Under the pieces are notes generated by a model. That model had not been told where the DNA came from, did not search any database, and was given only the letters and a program-made list of their open reading frames with translations. Below, in pieces: positions 27,217 to 57,200 of a stretch of DNA of 64,000 bases. The first letter of the stretch is position 1. Each line of letters opens with the position of its first letter. The position numbers and the translations under genes were made by a program. The stretch comes from Balanoglossus misakiensis. Lineage: Eukaryota > Animalia > Hemichordata. The stretch lies in contig CM082578.2 in the NCBI GenBank assembly GCA_040954595.2, positions 12,958,520 to 13,022,519 of the forward strand, given 5' to 3'.

Positions 27217-27734
27217 GTAATTAATTTATACATTTAAAGAAACCTCTTGTCTTTCTTTTGTGTCATCAACAAACTCTATTTGGCTAGTGCAACCTGCAAT
27301 GCCTCCCAGAAGTTTGCAGATTGGTCACATATTCAAAGAAAGAACCATATTAGCCAATCACAGACAACCTAGCACAACAGTTGTAGGTTGGCTTGGATAT
27401 TTACTGTCTTATTAAAAACGTGTAAAATGACATTAATAAAACCACTGTGCCTACCGGTAGAATGCATTTATGAGAGGTGGGAACAGTTTCAGTAGAAAAT
27501 GCCAATACATGTACATGGGGAAATGTCATTTTCAGTAGTAGCGCCCTCTGTGGGTAACAATATTATTTCCTCCTTTCTTTGCCCATGTCAGCTTTTAATC
27601 TCACACAAATGTCACCTGTCCAATAACAAGAGCTGCTGTTTTGGGACAGACTTTAACATAATGTCCCTGATCGACAGGACTTTATTCCCCCCACAAACGG
27701 CGATGCAGAGCTCGAGAAAATGAAAATAGTGAAG

Positions 27735-27894
27735 AACGCCACCTGACCTGTACCTCACATTTCCTCACGTGACTATCACCTGACAGGTCACGTCTGTTCG
27801 TCAGTGCCTCCCGGAAAGAAAGGCGTCTTGATGGACTTGGCTTGGCTGTGAACATTCCCAACCGGCAACAAAGTCAAGAACATAATGTGTAAGT
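27735..27894 (+). promoter_or_regulatory. WASH1 promoter and probable non-coding first exon
   Basis: E-box cluster (TCACGTGAC at 27765-27773, TCACCTGAC, GTCACGTC), ETS-like CCGGAAA, and strong donor GTAAGT at 27889. Confidence 0.5.
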
Positions 27895-28336
27895 CTGTAG
27901 GAGCATGGTAGGAATTACATTATTGTTAATATTAGGCGAATACATCATGTCGTTTCAAACGCTATAGATTCTGCATGTCATTTGGCTGTTGAATGGATCA
28001 CTACTCGCTTTCACACGAGTGGTGGTTTCCGGTCGCAAAAGCTTTAGCAACGCCCACTTTCAGGGATGGGGTGCTAGTGGGAAATGCTTTGGTTTATGAC
28101 AAGGTGGTGTGTGTTTATGACTATTGTCTACATTTACTAGTTTTATTACCATTATGGGCTGCTGTTTTGTCACACAGTGCAGAATGATACAGCTATGTCA
28201 CATCTATTTCTTACAGAGATTTAGATGAGGAAAAATTCTACATTGGTGGCCATCATTTTGGGGTTTTAAGTTAATGGACGCAATTAATTAAAGCAAAATA
28301 TTGTGGAACTCTTGTGAGCAAAATCCAGCAGTAAGC

Positions 28337-30199
28337 ATGCCTCGGGAATCGTACAACGTGCCACTGGTGCAGCCGGACCTGCGCAGGGAGGAAACTATAC
28401 ATCAGATTGCTGATGCTCTGGAATATCTTGAGAAAGTGTCCAGCGATATTTTCAGCAGAATCAGTAACCAGGTCTCTGAGAAGAGAGAGAGATTGCAGAA
28501 ACTCAACGAACGAGTGACTGTAGCTCACGCCAAAGTGGCGAGAATCAAGGGCAGTCGAAAGGCCACAAAGGTGTTCTCCAGCGCCAAGTACCCGACGCCC
28601 GACTCCCTCGAAGTGTACGAGTCGATTTTCAAAGACTTGAAAAACTTGAAAGAAATGAAACGTGTGAACAGGCACATGCAGAGCAAGCACATGCCTGCTG
28701 ACGAGAGGACCATCAAAGAGAAATTGCAGTTTTATAACGTGCACGTGAAGTTGAGAAAGAAGGACCAGGATGACAGTGGTGGTGAAGGACTGGGTAGTCT
28801 GCCCAAGAACGTCTCATCAGTCAGCTCACTGCTGCTTTTCAATACAACGGAAAATCCGTAAGTATATCAATCATGGCTGCGGGACACGTGAATATATTTT
28901 GAATTGAATGCAGTTCACAGGCTGTGTGCAGAGGAGAAAGTAGTTGGGCTCATTAGTCATTAGAATTAGACTTGTGATTTAGATCATAACTGTATCAGGT
29001 AACCTGTCCAAAAAATGAGAACGATCATTTGAATTGACTTTTTTGTTGTTTCCAAACTCTGAAGGTACAAGAAGTATGTGATGTTGGATCCTTTGGGTGC
29101 CATCACCAAGACCCGGAAAACACTGGAGGAGGAGGCCAATCGGAATGAAATGGATGCGGCACCTCAATCCATCACTCAGAGAGAACAGCTTGAAAGAGCC
29201 ATTGCTGAGAACTATTTCTACATTCCCAACCTCGGAAATGTGCCAGATATTGATGTCCCCATCTCACTACCAGATCTACCAGGTATATTACTTTCTGCCA
29301 AGTATTAACATATTTGGGTATTTGTGCATATAAAAAAATATTTTGTGGTATATCAATGTCACTCTCTTAAGAAAACAGTGTCAGAAAAAGAGGACAGTGG
29401 TATGAGTATATTGACATCGCTAGATTGAGCTTTCGTTCAGTCAGGGAATGGTAACGTGATATAATGCATGTATAATAACTGCTTTCTAAATACCTGTATT
29501 TCAACAGATGTAGCTGATGATTTGGCATACAGTGCTGAGCTGGGACCATCCATTGCTCCGTCAGTACCCGGAAGCAACATGCCGGACCTGCCTGTAGTCG
29601 GAGCAGACTCTTCAGACTCGCCTCTGCCACAGATAGGAGATTCGGCACCCCCTCCCCCACCTCCAGCAGGAGGACCACCACCGCCTCCCCCACCAGCACC
29701 GCCACCTCCACCCCCTCCAGGTGACGCACCACCACCTCCACCACCCCCGCCGGGCCCTCCCCCACCCCCGCCGCCCACCAGTGACGAACCATCGCCAGAG
29801 GGCGGTGGATCGGCGTCAGCTCCCAAAGCTGCTGCCGCACCGTCGGGCGGACGTGCCGACCTGCTGGCCTCCATCAGGAAAGCGGGCGGCGCCAGTGGGG
29901 GGAAACTGAAAAACGTGAAGGAACGGAAAATAGAGAAGAAGAAAAAGAAAGAGAAAGAATCGGGCGGTGGCGGTGGTGGAGATCTGATGGGTGACCTTGC
30001 CAAGGCGCTGGACATGAGGAGGAAAGGGATTTCTGGTTCCAATAAACCAAGTGGTGGTGGTGGTGGTGGTAGCGATGACAGCAGTCGTGCAACGTCCACT
30101 GGTGGCGGTTCTGCCATGGATAAAGTTGCCGCCATGATTCCAGTAATCTCATCTACTCCCGGTCGCGGTGATGATGCGGGTGATGATGATTGGGATTAA
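28337..30199 (+). CDS. WASHC1: WASH complex subunit 1 (Arp2/3 nucleation-promoting factor), 3 coding exons, 476 aa
   Basis: Exons 28337-28857, 29065-29282, 29508-30199 (1431 nt). WAHD domain [23 protein letters not shown]...[15 protein letters not shown]|[10 protein letters not shown], polyproline tract, WH2 [18 protein letters not shown], central [20 protein letters not shown], acidic end DDDWD. Confidence 0.96.
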
Positions 30200-30726
30200 T
30201 TATAATTTTAAAAACCCCTTGTAGTATTCTTGTGGTTTCTGAATGTTTTCTTTCAAAACTGAAGTTTATTGTGATGTTCCTAGAGCTGCTTATGCTGTGA
30301 AAAAAAATCGCTGGTTAATTCTTCCAGGTTTTTAACAACACCTAGCTGCATGTATATTCGGAGTTAGTTTCAGTCAATAGGCAATACCATGTAATTCTTT
30401 TGTGAAGAATTGATAGAGATTGAAATTTTCATGTCTCTTCACATTTGATTGAAGCTTGCAGGAGCTCTGTCGTGTAATGTTTTAATTTGATGTTTGAATA
30501 ATGTGCAATATCAGCGTGGATAGATTTTATTGTCAGCTCATCAAGAGCTGTAAAGGGCAACAATCGCCTATGCACATGTACCAAACCAGAGACTCTGGTT
30601 ACAAAAATTGTTTCAAAAGTCGCGTCAAATGAAACATTTCAAGGGTCATGTCAAATGTTCTACAATCATAATTTAGCATTCTCTACCCTCATAGTTTAGC
30701 TTTGCTGAATTTTCAAAATATTGCTG

Positions 30727-30732
30727 AATAAA
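30727..30732 (+). terminator. Candidate poly(A) signal of WASH1
   Basis: AATAAA about 530 nt after the stop codon, with downstream TTGTATGTTT. Confidence 0.4.
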
Positions 30733-32322
30733 ATGCCATACCTCGAAATTGTATGTTTCATATCCCATGCCAATGTTTATTATCCTGGGAGTTTGCCATA
30801 AAACCTGGTGGGCATTTTTGGCTGCATGGGTGATACTTTATTGACATGCGTGCATATATGATATGACACAGTGAACACTGTCCATGCAAAAGAGAGCCCT
30901 CTATGGGTGAATCTTCAACAACTTCCTAGCCTTTGTCCTATTAATACATGGGGAAATTAGTCATCGCTGTATTCTATCGTAAATGTTATCACGAACCTGT
31001 ATAAAATTCTACACTTTTGACTATTTTATAAATTATATTATACTGATAAATGAAGGTGATAACATTGAAGTCTGCTAATGTGAATGGCTACCTAGGATCC
31101 TGTCATGGTTGTCCAGTACACACGGACAAACAGGATTTCCTGGCAAATTGGTGAGAGATGATAGTCCATGGGCCAGAGGGTGTACAATGCTGTGCATACT
31201 CTTGCTATTCTGCCATGGGTATTTTCTAGCTCTTTTTACCAAACCATGGTGGTGAATGGGTTAAAAGAACCTTATATAACACTGAATTGTCGGCCATTAC
31301 AGCTCTGCCACACCCTTCACACGCAAGTAAGATTACATCGATGTTTCTATAAATTGCCATCAATTAATTACTTGCATGTCAGCCCCGTAAATAGAGTACA
31401 GTTAGACGTCTGGCAATTTAACCAGTTCCAGTGAACAGACAGGGGTGAATCAAGTGTTAAATGTGAAAATGAGGTCATTTCGTCCTTCAGGGTAACAGGA
31501 TGTGGTCAGTGCAACATTGGCGGTCAGGATCTCTCCTTCAGACATCCTGACACGCATGCATTCATGAAAAATGTTTGCTTTGTAAACCAGCATCTGGCAA
31601 CAGGAAACAAGATGCAAAAGCATCGGTGTTGCTGCTGTTGGATTAAAATTTAAAAAAAAGAATCAAGCAGACAAATGTATATAGAAGAAATAATGTTATT
31701 CTGATGTTTATTAATAATCCATTTCAGAAGTACCGTACAGTAAATTTCATGTTTGATATTACAAAATTACATCCATAAATAGCAACTTGTATAATGATTT
31801 TACATATTTTAGTGATAGTTCTCTACACAATGAATGTAAGTATATAAGACAACTCATTTGTTAATTTCATGTTTCTATGATGTACTTTCTTGATTTTAGC
31901 ATAATTTTTGAATGTTTCATTTGAATTCAACAAATCAAAGAGAGGACAGAAGAAATGTTACTTGTGTTTGGAAACGCAGACATAGACAACATAGAATGAA
32001 TTCTTATTACAAATGCACAGGAGACAAAATTTGGGCAACAGATACTGGTTTTGGCAGTGTGGTTTACATATTTCAATGACCATGACCTTTAATGTTAATG
32101 CCAGAATAACCCCATAGCAGTTGGATCCCAAAGTGGAGAGAAGGTTAAGGGCGCCCTTATCCAACACTATATTCCCATGCAAAACTAGGATCCCCACTGA
32201 AAATATCAAATGCAGCAGCCATTCTGACCCCCATTTATTACGGGTTTATTTCAACAGGTGCAATGCACTTGCAATCCAAGATCTTGCAGATATATCCTGG
32301 GAGACCCTGCTCTTTAGTGATT

Positions 32323-50888
<18,566 letters not shown>

Positions 50889-52136
50889 CAAATGACTGGA
50901 CAAAGACACTGGACTCCCTTATGTGTGAATTTTTTTTGAGAACTTACTCATATATGGTCTGATCAGATTGTGTTCTTACTCCTGTCATGTAAAATCACCT
51001 GTCAACAGTGGGCATACTGTTCAGAAGCTTCACTTGCACATTCTCTTGCAGTCCAGAGTGGTAAAAGAGAGCGGACTAATCTATTACACCTAGTGCGTCA
51101 GAATATACCTCAGTTTGTTTCAGCCAATAAAGCTGACATTTTCATTGCATTTGGCATGTGTGTGTGTTCATTGGGGCGGGGTTATGGACAGTTATAGGGG
51201 TGGGTATATATTGCTGTTATGTGTATCTAGATATAGGTCAGTATACAGTACAGGGAAAAAAATCTGGGGGAGCGACTTCTCTCAGGCAAAAAAAAACAGT
51301 CTCGAATTAAAAGAGAAAAAAAAATTAAACTATAGAGATCTTTATGTATACCAGTAAGTTTAACTGAAAAGAGCAAAGCTTAGTGTACTTTTTTTGCCGT
51401 TGCTAGTTTATTTGCAAATGGGTGTGTGGCTTTCTCACCACGGAGTCAACCAGTCTGAATTTGCACGAACTCCATTTTGCAGAATCGAAGGACACAAAAA
51501 GCATATGTGTTAGAACATCCCAATATTGTTTAGTAACGAATGGAGAGTTTGCAGATTTCTGATGTTTTCTAGTTTGTTTTCTGTGCCACTGATAAACTTT
51601 TATCAGTACATGTACAGTTCAGTCACTATTTTCAAGATGGTTTCCATTTGTTTAAAACTGACATCAGATTTGGAAACCATTGCCACGCACAGAATGCTGT
51701 TCCAGTGCTGTTGTTTTCTTGTGTCTGTTCTCATTTTGGAAGTTTGTGTTTTGGACACAAAGAAAGAGAAATGTCTCTGTCCACTCTTATTTAGTATTTT
51801 CTGGGAACTCCTCCCCATTTGTTTTGTATAACAAAAATAAAACATACATGAAAAACACTTGTTATCCCAACTCTAGTTCTGAAGTGTAAATTACTAGCTG
51901 TATAGATCCAAAGAGTTTATGAAACTAGCTTGTCCTGTCTGCCATGATCAGCTGCAAAACGCTTTCCATTCTAGGATTTATACAGATCCACATCCTGAAT
52001 CCAAGAGATCCAGTTCTGTTTACATATTTTGAGTTGTATGTTTCACAGTTAAAGTTAGTTGCAGTGTATAATTCTGCACACACTAGACTTGGACCGATGT
52101 CTACTAGATATGCATCTTTTCAAGTCTTGTTCATTC

Positions 52137-52142
52137 AATAAA
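52137..52142 (+). terminator. Candidate poly(A) signal of KDM5
   Basis: AATAAA followed by GTTGCCTTTGTTGTTTT. Alternative AATAAA sites at 51126 and 51836. Confidence 0.4.
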
Positions 52143-52228
52143 TATTTACTTTCCTTCAAACTAAGTTGCCTTTGTTGTTTTATTTCCCTTTTGCCCTATA
52201 GCAATATGGTCACAGCATCCACTATATT

Positions 52229-52325
52229 GTATGCATGTATGTATGTATGCATGCATGTTTGTATGCATATATGTTACATGTGTGTATGTATGTACATATG
52301 TACAGGTTATGTACAGTATGTATGG
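52229..52325. repeat. Degenerate (TATG)n microsatellite downstream of KDM5
   Basis: GTATGCATGTATGTATGTATGCATGCATG... tract. Confidence 0.8.
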
Positions 52326-53054
52326 TACCTGGAAACGGACCTCTGGCACCATTTACCGAAATAAATAACTTTAGGTCATGAGTTAGATTTTTGATTGTTA
52401 GCAAACTTCCTAGGGCTAGATTTGACTTCTTGCGGAACTTTTGAGTTGCTGAGAGCCCTGTGGAAACTAAAGGATTTTAAGCTTTCGCCACTAGGGGCGC
52501 TGTTATTTTGACAGGAAGCGAGGGGCTATTTTTTCCACTTCAATATCGATCAGTGGACGTACGTCGATACGATAACATAGACTGCGTACCCGTCAACTAA
52601 GTTAGAGACTGTTCAGAATTTACTTCCAGGGGGGTGGAGGATTTTCGTTTGCGCAAATTTCTCGAGAATAAAACTGTTTTGATTTGATTCATGGGCACCT
52701 AAATCCACAGAAAGTTTTATAGTTTTCAGTAAAGATGTTTCTAGGGAAATAATCTTTTGTTATCACTCGAGAAAAGTCCAGTTATCTAAGTGTTTTAGTT
52801 TTGATTTTTTTCACATTTTACGACTCATTTCCATATAATTTGTCTGTGTAAATCGTTATAGAACAAATTCCCTGCAGGACGATTCGTGCAGATAAAATCG
52901 TACGTGGGTTCATTTCTTAACTTTCTGTTGTTGTTTTTCGTGAGGTATCTTCAATAATCCCGAAAAATCAGGAAATGCGCGTATGAATAATTGAAAACAA
53001 AAGTGAAATTTGTCGATGCCCTATAAAATATGTTCTATCTATCCTAACTCTACA

Positions 53055-53127
53055 TAGCCTGGTCACCATATCCAGTGTGTTTTAGATAGACACTCTATCT
53101 ATAACACTCGGTATGGTGACCAGGCTA
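53055..53127. mobile_element. 73-bp palindromic mini-transposon with 9-bp target-site duplication
   Basis: Perfect 16-bp TIRs TAGCCTGGTCACCATA/TATGGTGACCAGGCTA and a self-complementary interior, flanked on both sides by AACTCTACA (53046-53054 and 53128-53136). Confidence 0.85.
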
Positions 53128-53689
53128 AACTCTACAAGGCTGCTCCTGGAAACCAAGGAAGACTTGAGGTTAAACCAAGTTTTCCAGTTCACCTGGAGGA
53201 ACTATCACAGACAAAAACTCTAACTCCAATGTTACATGAATATCTGTGTATTGAACTAGAAGAATGGTTTTATCTATTATTTTCTAAACACTAATAACTG
53301 TGTGCCGCTACATCAAAAGTTAACGGGACATCGATATCTATATCTTTCTCTGTCGGGTGGGGGCGTCTTCATGCACAGAAGTGTACCCTCTAACTTTATA
53401 CATCTGCATACTATGGCTAATCGCTCCATATTTTATACTTGTCTCAAACGCTTCTCTTACTTGTGCAAAGTCTACTTAAAAGAAGTTGTCAGCATTAGAT
53501 AATGAAGTTGTGTCGGTTTCCTGAATTAGTTAGAAATTCGACCACCCATAAAAGTTGTCAACTTCGGAAAACGTCCCTAGGGAGTCGAGTCGACCCAACA
53601 CAGAAGTTAGGTGTATAATGGCGGTTTGGAAGTGAAGACTACCGAGAGAGTAGTGGTCGTATTTGACTCAGTTATTGAAAGATCAAAAT

Positions 53690-54214
53690 ATGGAAGAAAT
53701 AACCCCCGACAATTCGACCAAGAGCCTTGCTTTGATCCACGAACTTCGGGAAATTATCAGGAATCAGGTGAGCAAGTTGCCAGTTGCGGAGGACAGGGAG
53801 AGCGATTCGGGCACCACGATCGGCCAGCGCTCAGCACCAGGGCACCAAATCAATGTTTCGCGACAAACCCGTTGCACTGTCGTCCGAACCGGTGTATATC
53901 GGTCCTGTACGTCGGACTAAATACCGGTCAGACTTTTTGACATTGTAAACTCGCAAGTTTACACTTGACAAGTGGACACTAGAAAAATTTTAATATCAAA
54001 AATATTTTTATTTTTAAATTTTGTCATTTCAGGAAGTGAAAATTAAGGCCCAATGTGTCAAAATAGAACTTTTAGAAGAACAAGTACTAACTTACAAACA
54101 GCACCGCGATGCGCTCTTGAGACAACTGGACGAGATAAAGGAGAGATTTTTGTCTGAAGACGCAGAGATTGATGGACGTGCGCGGACTCTTGCTGCCGAT
54201 CCGTCTGTGCAAAG
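53690..54214 (+). CDS. IQSEC: First two coding exons of a probable IQ motif and Sec7 domain Arf-GEF (BRAG/IQSEC family); partial gene
   Basis: Exons 53690-53767 (donor CAG|GTGAGC) and 54033-54214 splice in frame to MEEITPDNSTKSLALIHELREIIRNQ|EVKIKAQCVKIELLEEQVLTYKQHRDALLRQLDEIKER. This resembles the N-terminal coiled coil of IQSEC2/3 long isoforms as I recall it (N..A...L.EL..I...QQ.L...QR.RI.ELE). Adjacency to KDM5 supports the call. No IQ or Sec7 exon was found in the window. Confidence 0.66.
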
Positions 54215-57200
54215 GTACTGTATTGTTTTCTTATGCGTTATAGCTAAGCCAAGTGGGGTAACATGTTTGCGGCATTTTGCACAGACTCCGAGTATGTGGA
54301 GTGATGTTCAATATGCCGATCAAGTTACCCAACGTTGGTTCTCCTCTAAGCAGGATGCGCATGCTGTGAGTCTACACATGACGGCGTAAATGCTAGAACT
54401 AGACAAATTAGCGTTAAGTTTTAAAATTAGCTTTACATGAAAGCGCGATCTAAGTATAGAAATGGTTCGGCAACCCGTTTTTTATTTTTCAAAATGAAAG
54501 CAGGTCAATAGTGTACGTCTGTTTGATGCTGAACTAACTTTCAGTCTTATTTACAACCCTGGCTGAATTGTGTTAGAACTGTCAATCATATTGCGTGTAA
54601 AGAAAGTATTACAAGAAAGATATCAGAAGAGGAAATTATGTTTTTCAGCGCTAAAAATAAAATAATTTTTATAATGTAAATAGTAAGGGCTGTCAGCTTG
54701 TACTGAGCTCCTTTGGAAAGCCAAGTGACAGTGAATTTGAATATGAGTTAATAATGAACAGTTGTTTGTCAAACGCACACACAAAATATGTGATTTCTTG
54801 CATGTTTTAGCAGAGTTTGGGATTTGACAAATTTAACTACATGAAAACAATATCAAATAATAAAGCAAACTCAACAGATATAGTGACCATGTGTTAAAAC
54901 TTACTAGAACCACAGTAATAAAGTGGTTGTTATAAATGGATTAATTTAATAATGACAATTAAGGCTTACTACATATGTGAGTAAACTGTTGTAGTGATGT
55001 TCAGAGAGGAATTATTGATTATCTTTAACTTTTCTCAACCAGCCTAGAGGCCTTGCCAATTTGGACTGATTTTATAATTTGAAAAAAAAATAATATCAGG
55101 TTTGAAGAAGGAAATGGAGATACTAAGGCATCACTTAATCAGCTATTTTTGGTCTGCAGTAGCTTGTTTTTAAAGTCAATCCGGTATGGTATGAAGTAGG
55201 ACTAAATTATATACGCCCTCTTGAAGTTAAATAAATCAAGGTAGTTGATTGAGTTGAAGTGGTCAAAATACTGCAGCGGTGTAAAAATAGATTTGAAATT
55301 ATTTTATTGTCCACTAATAAATCCAATCAGTGCATGGCAGTTGATTGTTACAATTGGTGTGTGATCCACTGTATACGGGGGTATGATTAAATAAATTAAC
55401 ATGTCAGCTCACTGACTACATTCAGCATTAATATGGACATGTAAATATTGCAATATCGAAATAAGTTGTGTTGGAGACCTTTACTTTACTGGTGTCACAT
55501 ATGGTAGTACGAATTATGTAATTTAACTAATCTCTACAGTTAAATCACCGCGTTTAATTAGCTGGCATTTATCTGGGCTCAAAAAGTGACTGTTGAAGAG
55601 TGAATTCTTTGTTGATGGAATTTTAGCCATTGTCAGTCTATTCACCCTAACCTAATGTTTTTTTGCGTAGTGTTTAATAATACATATAAGCATTTAACCA
55701 TATACACACACCTTCCCCCAGTAATCATCATATTAATATTTTAGATAGGGTAACCCTAACTCCTGAACAAGGAAATAGAAATTATCGTGGTATGATTGTA
55801 GCATTTTACAGCAGCATACATCAGCTATAAAAGCCCATCCACTCAGTTTTTGTGAAGCAAAAATAAGTGTTTATTGATCATGGTATGAGATACAATCAAT
55901 ATATGCTATTTCGATTCTAGTTTAGCAGATAATTTACCATAGTAGTCGGTTTTAATCTGTCACTGCGATATCATTTCTGAATAATTTTTTTCGTGTTTGA
56001 GGTTACTTTTGTTTTTCTTTCAAGAGCGAGAAGTTAAGAAATTTTCAAACAGCCTAGGGGATCTTGTCTTTCCCTCATAATTTTGTGACTTGAGTCACCG
56101 GTGAATTGCATGCTTGGCCTTTTCAGCTGGAAGCATACATTTTCAGTGAGTGCTACGTCATGTGGGAATAGTGAGAGGCCTCTGAGCCTGGAAGGAGATC
56201 TGTCCAATAAATCATGTGAGCTGGACTGATGATAAGAAATCTCTTCCCACCATTTTGAACAGTGTGGGCTCTGCTTTGGTTACCAGTTCTGGCGGGTGAA
56301 ATCCGATACTAGCATTCTCAGGAAAGGAAAGGCCGCCTCTCTGTGACGTAGTTGCCACGGTGATTAATTTCCATTTCGTCCATGATGCAGCAGGAGCACA
56401 TATGATTACTACTACCGGTGCATGCATCAGGAAAAGGGTGGCTCAGCTCTCTTCCAGGCAGTGAATGTTGCCTTGAGTTGGGATTATTGAGTCGGATGAG
56501 GTAGATCTTGACATTTTTGTTGTTGCCCGTGGTGAAGAAGAGAGCATGAATCCAGACTGACCATGTCATTCCTCCGGTAGGTAACCAACCCTCTCTCCCA
56601 ATCATGTGCCCCAGTTGGTGTGTTTGTACCACTGGAAGTCAAATATTTACCCAACTTACCAGCCTATCAGTTTAGCTTGTGAAGACAACCAAATCAGAGA
56701 GGTGGAATATATGTGGATGGTGTACAGGGCTAGACTGACCTCGCCCTGCTAGAATTGTGCACAGATATCGTATTCAGTGTGTGCTTGCAGTGTTTGATTT
56801 ACAGTCGGGTGTGTAAAAATATATGTTTCCAAGCCGTTTGATATCGCGTAGCCAGTGTTGTTACTACATCAGTACATGGCTACCAATATTGTGAAAGAAC
56901 TGTTCTGTGAAAAAAAACTTATCAAGGAACAATACTAGGTGTAGGTGTATAGCACTAGCAGTGATGGAATGTTCTGTGATCTCCTCTCTCTCCCCAGACA
57001 GATGCACAAATTTGATTGGGTATCATTTCTTGTTAACCGACATTAATGATCAATTTGCTTTGAAAGCAGGAAATTATCATCTTCTAGATCTTAAATTACA
57101 GGATCTGGATCAGTTTTGTAGCAGCGTAACAGGAATTTACTTCCTGATGCAACCAGATAGATGTTTTGATGGTTGGAGATACTGCTTATCATTTTTCAAA

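Noticed and set aside
55751-55760. TAACCCTAAC, resembling a telomerase RNA template
   Set aside because: Isolated 10-mer in AT-rich sequence; no pseudoknot, CR4/5 or H/ACA domain visible.
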